DNA from: Candidatus Thorarchaeota archaeon
GTDB lineage: Archaea; Asgardarchaeota; Thorarchaeia; Thorarchaeales; Thorarchaeaceae
Assembly: GCA_003345595.1 (NCBI GenBank)
Contig: PRDI01000013.1
Span: forward strand, 1-11,160
DNA length: 11,160 nucleotides
Direction of reading: 5' to 3'
In this document: positions 1 to 7,601 of the stretch, one piece after another
Layout: the number at the start of each line of letters is the position of its first letter
Position numbering within the stretch: position 1 is the stretch's first letter
Position numbers and translations under genes: made by a program
Notes under the pieces: generated by a model
Told to the model about the DNA's origin: nothing
The model's input: only the letters and a program-made list of their open reading frames with translations
Databases searched by the model: none

Positions 1-67
1 GAAGCTCAACAAGGTCCGCATCTGGTATTATCTCTGCTTGCCGCGGGTGTGGTGCGAACAGTCCGGA

Positions 68-100
68 TTGCACATGTTGTCAGTTGCACATTGTTATATT
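68..100 (+). promoter_or_regulatory. Putative archaeal TATA box with an upstream direct repeat
   Basis: TTATAT at 94-99 begins 28 nt before the GTG at 122. TTGCACAT occurs at 68-75 and 84-91. Confidence 0.5.
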
Positions 101-121
101 GCGTTGTAGCCTTGTCATCGT

Positions 122-547
122 GTGAAACGCGTGCTTTTCATCTGTAGCGGGAATTCCGCCAGAAGCCAGATGGCAGAGGCGATTCTCAGACTACTGGGCC
201 GCGACGAATATGAGGCACATAGTGCAGGGACATCAATTGCGCCTGAGGTTAACCCACTTGCCCTTGAGGTGCTGAGAGAACGCGGCGCTGATGTGCGCGG
301 CCTGCATACCAAGAAGGTCGACATATTTGTGGACCAGTCGTTTGACCTAGTTGTGACTGTTTGCGACAAGGCCAGACAGGTTTGCCCGTTCTTTCCGGGT
401 GCGAAGCATACGGAGCATTGGTCAATCGAAGATCCTGCTGTTTTTCAGGGCAGTGGCGATGAGAAACTCCAGAAGTTCAGAGAAACACGAGATGAGATTG
501 AGCGGCTCATTAAAGACCGCATCCTTGGATCTGCCACACTCCATTAG
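122..547 (+). CDS. arsC: Arsenate reductase, thioredoxin-coupled (LMW-PTP fold)
   Basis: GTG start. P-loop CX5R motif LFICSGNSARSQMAEA, SAGT motif, resolving Cys pair VTVCDKARQVCP, and WSIEDP carrying the general-acid Asp. Confidence 0.9.
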   Translation: MKRVLFICSGNSARSQMAEAILRLLGRDEYEAHSAGTSIAPEVNPLALEVLRERGADVRGLHTKKVDIFVDQSFDLVVTVCDKARQVCPFFPGAKHTEHWSIEDPAVFQGSGDEKLQKFRETRDEIERLIKDRILGSATLH

Positions 548-604
548 TGCAGAGAGGATCGAATTGGAAGTCAGTGTGTGCTGCCAAGCATTTGCCAGAC
601 ATGC

Positions 605-618
605 AGAAGAAACATAAG
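605..618 (+). promoter_or_regulatory. Putative BRE/TATA promoter of the VIT1 gene
   Basis: Purine run AGAAGAAA followed by CATAAG (613-618), 29 nt before ATG 642. Confidence 0.45.
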
Positions 619-641
619 AGCAGGGTCCCAGGTGCTGCTCC

Positions 642-1520
642 ATGTCTGAAACTCTCAGCGAGGGATTGAAGAAGACCTTCATAGCAAGCCAGAGGCAAGA
701 ACTCACTGAACACGTCATCTACGACAAGCTCGCGAGGTCAGCCAAGAGCGAGAAGAACAAGAAGGTCCTGAAGCAGCTCTCGGAGGACGAGTTCAGACAT
801 TATGACATCTGGAGGGGGCTCACGAAGGCGGAGCCGAAGCAGAATTCCTTCGAGGTCTGGAAGTATGTTCTGATCTCCAAGCTCTTCGGTCTAACCTTCG
901 GTCTGAAGCTCATGGAGCGCGCGGAGCAAGGCGCAAAGACGTTCTATGAAGAGGTTTCAAAACAGGCACCAGAAACACTGGAGATTCTCAAGAACGAAAC
1001 CGTGCATGAGATGCAGCTTCTCGAGCTGATAGATGGGGAGAGGCTGAAGTACGTCAGCTCAATGGTCCTCGGCCTCAACGACGCGCTCGTGGAGCTCACG
1101 GGTGCACTGGCAGGTTTCACTTTCGCGCTGCAGAACACGCGGCTGGTCGCGATGACAGGTCTGATAACAGGGATTGCCGCGTCGCTGTCAATGGGCGCGT
1201 CAGAGTATCTCTCGACAAAGGCAGAGGGAGGGGAGAAGAGCCCCACGAAGGCCTCCATGTACACTACCGTAACCTACATACTGGCCGTGCTTGCGCTGAT
1301 AGTGCCCTTCGTGCTTCTTGAGAACATCTACTTGTCACTGGTCCTTTCTGTCCTTGGCGCGATTCTCGTACTCTTCGTCTTCACCTTCTACATCTCGGTT
1401 GCGAAGAACTTGCCGTTCCGGAGGAGATTCCTAGAAACCGCCTCGATAAGCCTCGGCGTGGCCGGACTGACCTTCGTCTTGGGTCTGCTCGTGAGGATAC
1501 TTTTCGGCGTTCAGATTTGA
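642..1520 (+). CDS. Rubrerythrin/ferritin-like domain fused to a VIT1/CCC1 transporter (MbfA-like iron exporter)
   Basis: N-terminal helical domain with two ExxH motifs (EDEFRH, NETVHE). C-terminal 5-TM VIT1 domain with VLGLNDALVE and SLSMGASEYLS (conserved metal-binding Asp and Met). Confidence 0.9.
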   Translation: MSETLSEGLKKTFIASQRQELTEHVIYDKLARSAKSEKNKKVLKQLSEDEFRHYDIWRGLTKAEPKQNSFEVWKYVLISKLFGLTFGLKLMERAEQGAKTFYEEVSKQAPETLEILKNETVHEMQLLELIDGERLKYVSSMVLGLNDALVELTGALAGFTFALQNTRLVAMTGLITGIAASLSMGASEYLSTKAEGGEKSPTKASMYTTVTYILAVLALIVPFVLLENIYLSLVLSVLGAILVLFVFTFYISVAKNLPFRRRFLETASISLGVAGLTFVLGLLVRILFGVQI

Positions 1521-1560
1521 AGCGCTGGACATTGAAAGGCAGACGAGAGAACTATCAGAC

Positions 1561-1566
1561 TTAATA
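1561..1566 (+). promoter_or_regulatory. Putative TATA box of the M23 gene
   Basis: TTAATA begins 29 nt before ATG 1590; no SD before the start. Confidence 0.45.
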
Positions 1567-1589
1567 GGACCCTCAAGAGCATCCATCCC

Positions 1590-2243
1590 ATGCGCCGCAA
1601 ACTGCTTGTTGTTTTCGTAGTCTTGGTACTGGCAGTCGGTGTCGGCATAGCCTTCTTCGCAAGGGATTCCCTGCTACCTAGCACGTTCGACCCAGGCGAC
1701 AGGTATGCATCTGACAGGCTTGACTACATGGGCGTGATCTATGCCAACCGCTCAGACATGTACGACTGGCGCGGGGGATACAGTGAAACCACAGATTGTC
1801 CATGGGGTCGCATCCACAACGGCATTGACTTCTTTTTCTACAACGACTCTGAGGTAATCGCTGCAGCGCCGGGATACATCGAGGATGTAAGCTGGCGCGA
1901 AAACCCCGATACGACTCTGAACATGTACAACATATACGTGGCAATCAGGTTCAACGCAACCATCACTCTGCGCTACACCTTTGAACCGTTCACACACATA
2001 GTCGGAGATCAGGATCGGCAACTGAGCATGCTGACTGTCCAAGAGGGAAACTGGGTTCAGAAAGGCGACATGATTGGCCGGTTCTTGGCCGTCGAAGATA
2101 GTTCCCATGTCCATTTCGGAGTCGTTTGCGGGAATGAGTGGATTGATCCTAAGCCGTTCTACGGACCGTCTGACCTCGCGGAGATACTGGAGTTCATTCA
2201 CACATACCAGCCCACGTGGGATCTGTCCTATCCTGCACCATAG
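1590..2243 (+). CDS. Exported or membrane-anchored M23-family metallopeptidase-like protein
   Basis: N-terminal MRRK plus hydrophobic helix. HxxxD (HNGID), VIAAAPG, VQEGNWVQKGDMIG, HxH (HVHFGV) and IDP motifs typical of Peptidase_M23. Confidence 0.8.
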   Translation: MRRKLLVVFVVLVLAVGVGIAFFARDSLLPSTFDPGDRYASDRLDYMGVIYANRSDMYDWRGGYSETTDCPWGRIHNGIDFFFYNDSEVIAAAPGYIEDVSWRENPDTTLNMYNIYVAIRFNATITLRYTFEPFTHIVGDQDRQLSMLTVQEGNWVQKGDMIGRFLAVEDSSHVHFGVVCGNEWIDPKPFYGPSDLAEILEFIHTYQPTWDLSYPAP

Positions 2244-2569
2244 TCCGTGTATAGGTCGGTCAACAGGAAGAACATCGAAGTAGTCACGGCTTCCGGTAAC
2301 TGGCTACTGCGAAGGCCAAAGTCTTCCGGATCTCACAGAAGGTACCGGGTTCCATAGGCGCGTAGCTGTAACGTGGGCTGGCATTCAGCAGGTTATCTTG
2401 ACTACTCCTCCGTCACCCGTCCAGTTCACGTGCTGAAGACAAGCGCATTGCTACCGGGAGCATGTTCGAGATGCTCGTATCTGTCGCACAGTCGAATAGG
2501 TAGACAGTCGTGACTATCCGGAACGTTTTCATGGTTCGATCACCTGTATTCGTTCCAAGTTGAAGGACC

Positions 2570-3397
2570 ATGGCCAGAGATGAGCCCGAGTATGGAGGAT
2601 TCAGGAACGGCATCCCGTATGTTCGATTCGGGGAGGGTACCCGAGAACTCGTGCTGTTCTACGACGGACCAGGCAACGAACTCCCAACGGGCTCTGCACT
2701 CAATACGCTAAGGAAGGCCATGGGATTGCTGACAAGATTCTACAGAATTAGCGTCGTGACTCGGAAGCCCGGTCTGACGGAGGGCTATACGACTCGTGAC
2801 ATGTCTAACGACTATGCAGAAATGATTCGGGAGCATTTCTCAGCCAAGGTCGATGCCATCATTGGCATGTCTTACGGAGGATTGATTGCTCAGCACTTCG
2901 CGGCGGACCATCCGAACCTGTTCAATCATATCGTGCTGACAATGACAGGCCTTCGGGTAAGCGCCGAAGGTTTGGCACTCGATGAGAAATATGCGGAGCT
3001 GCTAAGCCATGGCAAGAGCGGTGCAGCATACAAGGCAATCGAGAGTGCACCCTACCCGCCCGGAATCAAGAAGTCAATCCAAGACTCGCCACTTTGGCTA
3101 GCAAGCCGCTCCGTGAAGATACCCAAGAGAGAGTCGTTTGCATCGGATATACTGATTGAACTCAAAGCAGAAAAAGAACACGACCCAACGATGAGCCTTC
3201 CCAGGATCACGATGCCTGTGCTTGTGATCTCTGGCGATAGAGACTACTATTTCCCGGTTGAACTTGTCAGAGAGATGGAACGTTTCATACCGAACTCAGT
3301 CGCCAGAATATACGCGGGAAGAGGGCGCAATGCCCTGGAAGACAGCAAATTCGCCGGAGACGTAATCCAATTCGTTACCGAAAGGCTGAGTCCGTAA
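2570..3397 (+). CDS. Alpha/beta-fold hydrolase, possibly catalytically inactive
   Basis: Nucleophile elbow GMSYGG and acid motif PVLVISGDRD. The expected G-H position reads YAGRGRNA. Confidence 0.85.
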   Translation: MARDEPEYGGFRNGIPYVRFGEGTRELVLFYDGPGNELPTGSALNTLRKAMGLLTRFYRISVVTRKPGLTEGYTTRDMSNDYAEMIREHFSAKVDAIIGMSYGGLIAQHFAADHPNLFNHIVLTMTGLRVSAEGLALDEKYAELLSHGKSGAAYKAIESAPYPPGIKKSIQDSPLWLASRSVKIPKRESFASDILIELKAEKEHDPTMSLPRITMPVLVISGDRDYYFPVELVREMERFIPNSVARIYAGRGRNALEDSKFAGDVIQFVTERLSP

Positions 3398-3424
3398 GAC
3401 AGCGACCCAGGAGGCCCTTCTGTC

Positions 3425-3835
3425 GTGAACGAACTTCTGCTCAAGACCGCGGTTCGAGTCTGGCTGATGGAAACACTGGTTTCGGGATTCAACTTCTTTG
3501 TGCTGATGAATCTCGTTTACGAGCCGATATGGGGTCCTATCGTAGCACATCAGATAGGAATGTCTACTCGAATCGTGTACATCTTCATCTTCGCCTACCT
3601 TCTGTTGCGCTATGTTGGCAAGTACAGTACCATGGACTTAGTGCGTGTTGGTATCCTCTGGCTCATCTTGGAAGAGATGTTCGAGTGGGTGGGCAGTCTT
3701 GCCATTGGACGTTCAGTAGCGGAGATTCTGATTGGCTGGAACATATTCGCTGGCTATATGTGGCCGTACGTGTTGATTGCCTACACATTCTCAAACCTCA
3801 TCGTTGGCCGGACCTTCCATCCGGGCAAGACTTGA
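3425..3835 (+). CDS. Conserved-looking hypothetical membrane protein (about 4 TM)
   Basis: GTG start with GGAGG at 3410-3414, 27 nt after the hydrolase stop. Four hydrophobic segments with AHQI, GILWL..FE and WNI..G.MW motifs. Confidence 0.75.
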   Translation: MNELLLKTAVRVWLMETLVSGFNFFVLMNLVYEPIWGPIVAHQIGMSTRIVYIFIFAYLLLRYVGKYSTMDLVRVGILWLILEEMFEWVGSLAIGRSVAEILIGWNIFAGYMWPYVLIAYTFSNLIVGRTFHPGKT

Positions 3836-3880
3836 CGACAAGCCAGCGATACCAGAAGCCGGCTACCGCCCAACAATCCA

Positions 3881-3911
3881 TTTATGTGAGTGTGGCCGAC
3901 CGTGCGGTCGG
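3881..3911 (+). promoter_or_regulatory. TATA-like box plus palindromic operator candidate
   Basis: TTTATG at 3881-3886. Perfect inverted repeat CCGACCG-TG-CGGTCGG at 3896-3911, 9 nt before ATG 3921. Confidence 0.45.
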
Positions 3912-3920
3912 TACTGGAAC

Positions 3921-4919
3921 ATGCTAGACCTGATTGCTGTTGGCATTCTTGCGGTCTCACTGATCGTGCTTGCGTATGCGGAGTATCGCAGAGATAGAAG
4001 GTCCACCGGGCGGAAACCTTCGAGTGCGGAACGAGCCCCACCGACGCCCCCAGCCGCCGCCGTGGAGAAAAGGCGCGAGGAGGCAGAGATACTGAAGGCC
4101 GAAGTCCCGAGGGATGAGGAGAGATTCAGATCGCGGAAAGCCGCCCCTGAGATGGACAGGTCATCGGCCATCGACCGTGAAGCCTTTCGAGAAGAACTCG
4201 CCAGTCCAAGTCCTCCGTCGTCCAGTGCCGCTCCAAGACCAGCTCCTCCCAGCGGTATGGACATGAAAGACGTGCTTGAACGAAAGTCCTCGATATCATA
4301 CTGGGAGCGAATGTGCCTGAAGGAGGAGTACGACCTCATAGTCACTCTACATGAGGCCGACGTGATAATCATCGGGCCTGCAGGATCGACGACGAAAGTA
4401 TCCGAAACTACGTACCAGCTGCCAAAGTCCGGTCAGCTGAGAATCGTCCCAGTCTGCAGCGGATGCAACATCTCGCCAAGCTTCAGAGACGTCAAAGTCC
4501 AAGAAGCCGAGAGCCAAACAAGAGCCGAGTTCAGGGTGCTTCCGCTCACCACTGGAAAGTACGACCTGACAGTGGAGTTCCAGATTGTCGACCAAGGTGG
4601 GTCTATCAGGCCTCTGGGAGTGGAGAGGGTCAACGTCACGATTCAGCCAAAACCAATACAGCTGAACATCGGGGGTCTGCACTTGGGTGTGGGCAGAAAG
4701 GTACCGACCTACTTCTCGATGTGCGGAAGCGTCTTCGGGTTCTCATCGTTTGTCTTCTCTCGGCTCGGCGTCAACCTCGAACAGCAACTTCTCACGTGGA
4801 GTGCAACCGTCAGTACAGGGGTTGCAGGTGCAATGATGCTCCTCCTTGCGATACTGTTGTTGGCCAGAGGGCTGAAACCTGTCATGAGCGTAGTAGGAAT
4901 CGTTCTAAAGCCCCGCTAA
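3921..4919 (+). CDS. Hypothetical membrane protein (N-terminal TM, Pro/charge-rich linker, beta-rich domain, two C-terminal TM)
   Basis: Start reassigned to ATG 3921 (MLDLIAVGIL..., 332 aa). This removes the overlap with the upstream gene and puts a TM helix at the N-terminus. Confidence 0.8.
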   Translation: MLDLIAVGILAVSLIVLAYAEYRRDRRSTGRKPSSAERAPPTPPAAAVEKRREEAEILKAEVPRDEERFRSRKAAPEMDRSSAIDREAFREELASPSPPSSSAAPRPAPPSGMDMKDVLERKSSISYWERMCLKEEYDLIVTLHEADVIIIGPAGSTTKVSETTYQLPKSGQLRIVPVCSGCNISPSFRDVKVQEAESQTRAEFRVLPLTTGKYDLTVEFQIVDQGGSIRPLGVERVNVTIQPKPIQLNIGGLHLGVGRKVPTYFSMCGSVFGFSSFVFSRLGVNLEQQLLTWSATVSTGVAGAMMLLLAILLLARGLKPVMSVVGIVLKPR

Positions 4920-4965
4920 TAATCCCAGAGCTAGCCGAGAACGTCTTGGGCAACAGTGAAAAGAT

Positions 4966-5056
4966 TGGCTTTTGCGGCAGAAGCCATTGAGCCTTGGCTC
5001 AAGGCGGACTGGACGACATGGCCTATCGAGAATCCTCTAGATAGACCTGCCAGTCC
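4966..5056. terminator. Tandem hairpins between convergent genes
   Basis: TGGCTTTTG/CAGAAGCCA (4966-4986), TTGAGCC/GGCTCAA (4987-5002), and GGACTGG...CTATC...GATAG...CCAGTCC (5006-5056). The terminator role is inferred from position only. Confidence 0.35.
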
Positions 5057-5061
5057 CTGAT

Positions 5062-5871
5062 TCACGACAACGTTGGCGCATGCTCGGATGTACCGTTTGA
5101 AACCGATGGCATGGCCTTTCCCTTCTCTAGGAAATCCACTACTTCGTCAACGATACTGTAGTACTGGTCACCCCGGCAATGCTGAATCCTAGGGCGGGGT
5201 ATGTCGACGTGGACGTCGCCTACGATCCGGCCAGGTCGAGACGACATGACAATAACTCGGTCTGCCATCAACACAGCCTCTTCCACGTTGTGACTCACCA
5301 TCACGAACGTGTTGGGAGGATCTGGAGTGCGCCAGATCCTTAGGACCATCTCTCGCAGAGTCTTGGCAGTCAGTTCGTCCAGCGAAGAGAATGGCTCATC
5401 CATCAGCAGAACGTCTGGGTGCAGCGCAAGAGCACGTGCGATGCCAACACGCTGCTTCATTCCACCAGAGAGGTCATGGGGGTATGTGTTCTCGAATCCG
5501 TCTAGTTCAACGTCGTGCAGCTTTTCAAAGGCACGAGCACGACGCGCCTCCACATCAAGGCCCCCGATCTCCAAGGGCAACATCACGTTTTCCAGCGCTG
5601 TCTTCCAAGGCAACAACCCAAAGAGCTGAAAGACCATTGCAATCTTAGGAGTAGGCCGGACCACCGGCGCTCCTTTGAACAGTATCTGGCCAGAGTCGGC
5701 ATGTTCGAGGCCGGCGGCTATGCGAAGAAGCGTGGACTTCCCGCAACCGGACGGACCGACAATGCAGACAAACTCCTCGTCCACAGAGAACGAAACGTCA
5801 TGCAGGACTTCGATTCCTGTCTTGTCCTTTGTGAAGCTCTTGCTGACCGATTGGACATCGAGTATTCCCAT
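5062..5871 (-). CDS. NitT/TauT (SsuB/TauB-like) ABC transporter ATP-binding protein
   Basis: Walker A GPSGCGKS, Q-loop MVFQ..LLPW, signature LSGGMKQR, Walker B LLMDEPF, H-loop SHN, and RPGRI motif. Confidence 0.95.
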   Translation of the reverse strand: MGILDVQSVSKSFTKDKTGIEVLHDVSFSVDEEFVCIVGPSGCGKSTLLRIAAGLEHADSGQILFKGAPVVRPTPKIAMVFQLFGLLPWKTALENVMLPLEIGGLDVEARRARAFEKLHDVELDGFENTYPHDLSGGMKQRVGIARALALHPDVLLMDEPFSSLDELTAKTLREMVLRIWRTPDPPNTFVMVSHNVEEAVLMADRVIVMSSRPGRIVGDVHVDIPRPRIQHCRGDQYYSIVDEVVDFLEKGKAMPSVSNGTSEHAPTLS

Positions 5872-5873
5872 GA

Positions 5874-7529
5874 TTAGCCAACCACCTCGTGTTTCTCATG
5901 CCTTCTCATCAGGGGTCGCCAGACAAGGCCCTCCATGGAAAGGACGATAGCGGCGATGATCACCAGCAGGAAGAGAAGGAAGACTGTGTTGCCGTAGATG
6001 TACCCCGCCCGGTCCATCAGTGAGCCAAGGCCCGGCAAGTATGCCGTCCCGGTCGTCGTTTGGAGGTACTCTGCAAATATGACCGTGTTCCATCCGGTCC
6101 CCCATGAGAGCACACTGCCTGTCACAATTGCGGGCATGATTGATGGCAGCACGATGTGTCTGATCCGTCGCCATCCCTTGAATCCGAAAAGAGTGCCAAC
6201 CTCTCGTATCTCATCAGGCATGGCCTTTACTGCACTCATGATGTTGAGGAACATGTACCAAATCATGTCCAAGACCAGAATCACGATGCAAGTCACCTCA
6301 AGGGCAATGTAGGTCGACCCAACGAGCCCACTCAGGCCAAGGTACATGACTGGAAAAAGAGCAAGGATTGGAACACCCTGACCAATGTCATAGACTGGAT
6401 ACAGGATTTTGGCAAGCCGTTTGTGTTCCGCTGCTAGGACACCCAGAGTGATAGCTACTACCAGCGAGATGACGTACGCGATGGTGAGGCGGCCCATTGT
6501 CAACGCTACATAAAGCGGCAGATAGGAAAGCTCGTTTGCTGGAGGCTCCGCGAATCCCTGCTGGATCAATGCACCGTATGGAAGCTGGACTGCTAGGACG
6601 TAGATGATCGCAACTACTATGACAATGCCAGCGATACTAGCAAGGAGTCTCTCCATGCGAGAGTACTTGCTCAACCGCTGCCGTGCGGCGCTGAACGGTC
6701 GGGACCAATGAGATCCTTCGAGCCGAAGGCGCTGAGCCGCTTTTGCGAAACTGGACCGGCCCGGTCCAAAGAGGTGTGTCTTGAAGACGGGCGTGAACGT
6801 CTCGACACCTGTGCGTTCTATCAGCCGCTGCCATGAGATCGCATTGAAGTAAATCACGATGAAGGTGACATAGAGCAGTAGAACAACTGACAGTGTCATG
6901 TCCTCATACTGGTACGCTGCGACAGCTAGGAGATATCCGAGCCCGCCAGACGGCGGGACTACTATGCTCCCTTGGTAGTGGATGTACTCTGCCGCAATGA
7001 TGAAGAACCATCCATCACACCAGGCGAGGTTTCCCCCCGAGATAAGGGCAGGCCGAATGGCGGGGAGTACAATATGCCTGACATAAGGCCAGCCTTCAAC
7101 ACCAAAGCTTCGGCCTGCTTCTATGATACTGGGAGAGATGCTTCGAGCAGCTCCCAAGACACCGAAGAAGATTGACCATGCCATGGATGTGAAGAGCAAT
7201 ACTATGATGGCCAGTTCGATACCGAAAGCACCCCATGCGAAGAGAAAGGCTATGACCAGCGGGAAGTACCCTAGGATTGGAAGTGACTGGAGCAGGTCAA
7301 CAGCGGGTACGATGAACCGCGAGGCAGTCTTGTTGGTGGCACACAGGATGCCGAAGGAAACACCCCACGCAATCGATATCAGCAAGGTGATTCCGATACG
7401 AGCAACTGTGCTGAGGGTTTGTATGGGAAGGAGCTTGACTTCCGGATACGGCGTGAAGGCCGCAATCAGCCAAGCTGCCACAGCAAGGACAGCCACGCCT
7501 CCGAACAGGCTCAGCAGGTACCTTCGCAT
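5874..7529 (-). CDS. NitT/TauT-type ABC permease with two fused TM modules
   Basis: Two BPD_transp_1-like halves (DLLQSLPILG / DIGQGVPILA), EAA loops IIEAGRSFG and IREVGTLFG, and AEY..GLG in both halves. Start set at ATG 7529, which follows GGTGAGGGAG; the ORF-track TTG at 7586 is less likely. Confidence 0.92.
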   Translation of the reverse strand: MRRYLLSLFGGVAVLAVAAWLIAAFTPYPEVKLLPIQTLSTVARIGITLLISIAWGVSFGILCATNKTASRFIVPAVDLLQSLPILGYFPLVIAFLFAWGAFGIELAIIVLLFTSMAWSIFFGVLGAARSISPSIIEAGRSFGVEGWPYVRHIVLPAIRPALISGGNLAWCDGWFFIIAAEYIHYQGSIVVPPSGGLGYLLAVAAYQYEDMTLSVVLLLYVTFIVIYFNAISWQRLIERTGVETFTPVFKTHLFGPGRSSFAKAAQRLRLEGSHWSRPFSAARQRLSKYSRMERLLASIAGIVIVVAIIYVLAVQLPYGALIQQGFAEPPANELSYLPLYVALTMGRLTIAYVISLVVAITLGVLAAEHKRLAKILYPVYDIGQGVPILALFPVMYLGLSGLVGSTYIALEVTCIVILVLDMIWYMFLNIMSAVKAMPDEIREVGTLFGFKGWRRIRHIVLPSIMPAIVTGSVLSWGTGWNTVIFAEYLQTTTGTAYLPGLGSLMDRAGYIYGNTVFLLFLLVIIAAIVLSMEGLVWRPLMRRHEKHEVVG

Positions 7530-7601
7530 GACTCCCTCACCAGCATCTGTCAGAAATGAATGGACTGTAAGGTGTTGCGCTTTCAAACGGCTTCCCGTTC
7601 G

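Noticed and set aside
1-108. 3' end of an upstream CDS or start of a divergent gene
   Set aside because: Open frames exist but are too short to identify, and the minus-strand ATG at 75 stops after 15 codons.
2244-2569. SRP RNA, tRNA, cobalamin riboswitch or group II intron remnant
   Set aside because: None of the diagnostic motifs (SRP helix 8 loop, T-loop cloverleaf, B12 box, domain V) could be matched.
3777-3920. N-terminal extension of the 380-aa ORF, including a Cys-rich HLCECGRPC stretch
   Set aside because: It overlaps the upstream gene and spans the TATA box and palindrome. ATG 3921 gives a clean N-terminal TM, so the Cys cluster is translated promoter DNA.
7530-7586. TTG-start extension of the permease
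   Set aside because: ATG 7529 has a good GGTGAGG SD, and the TTG lies too close to the putative TATA box.
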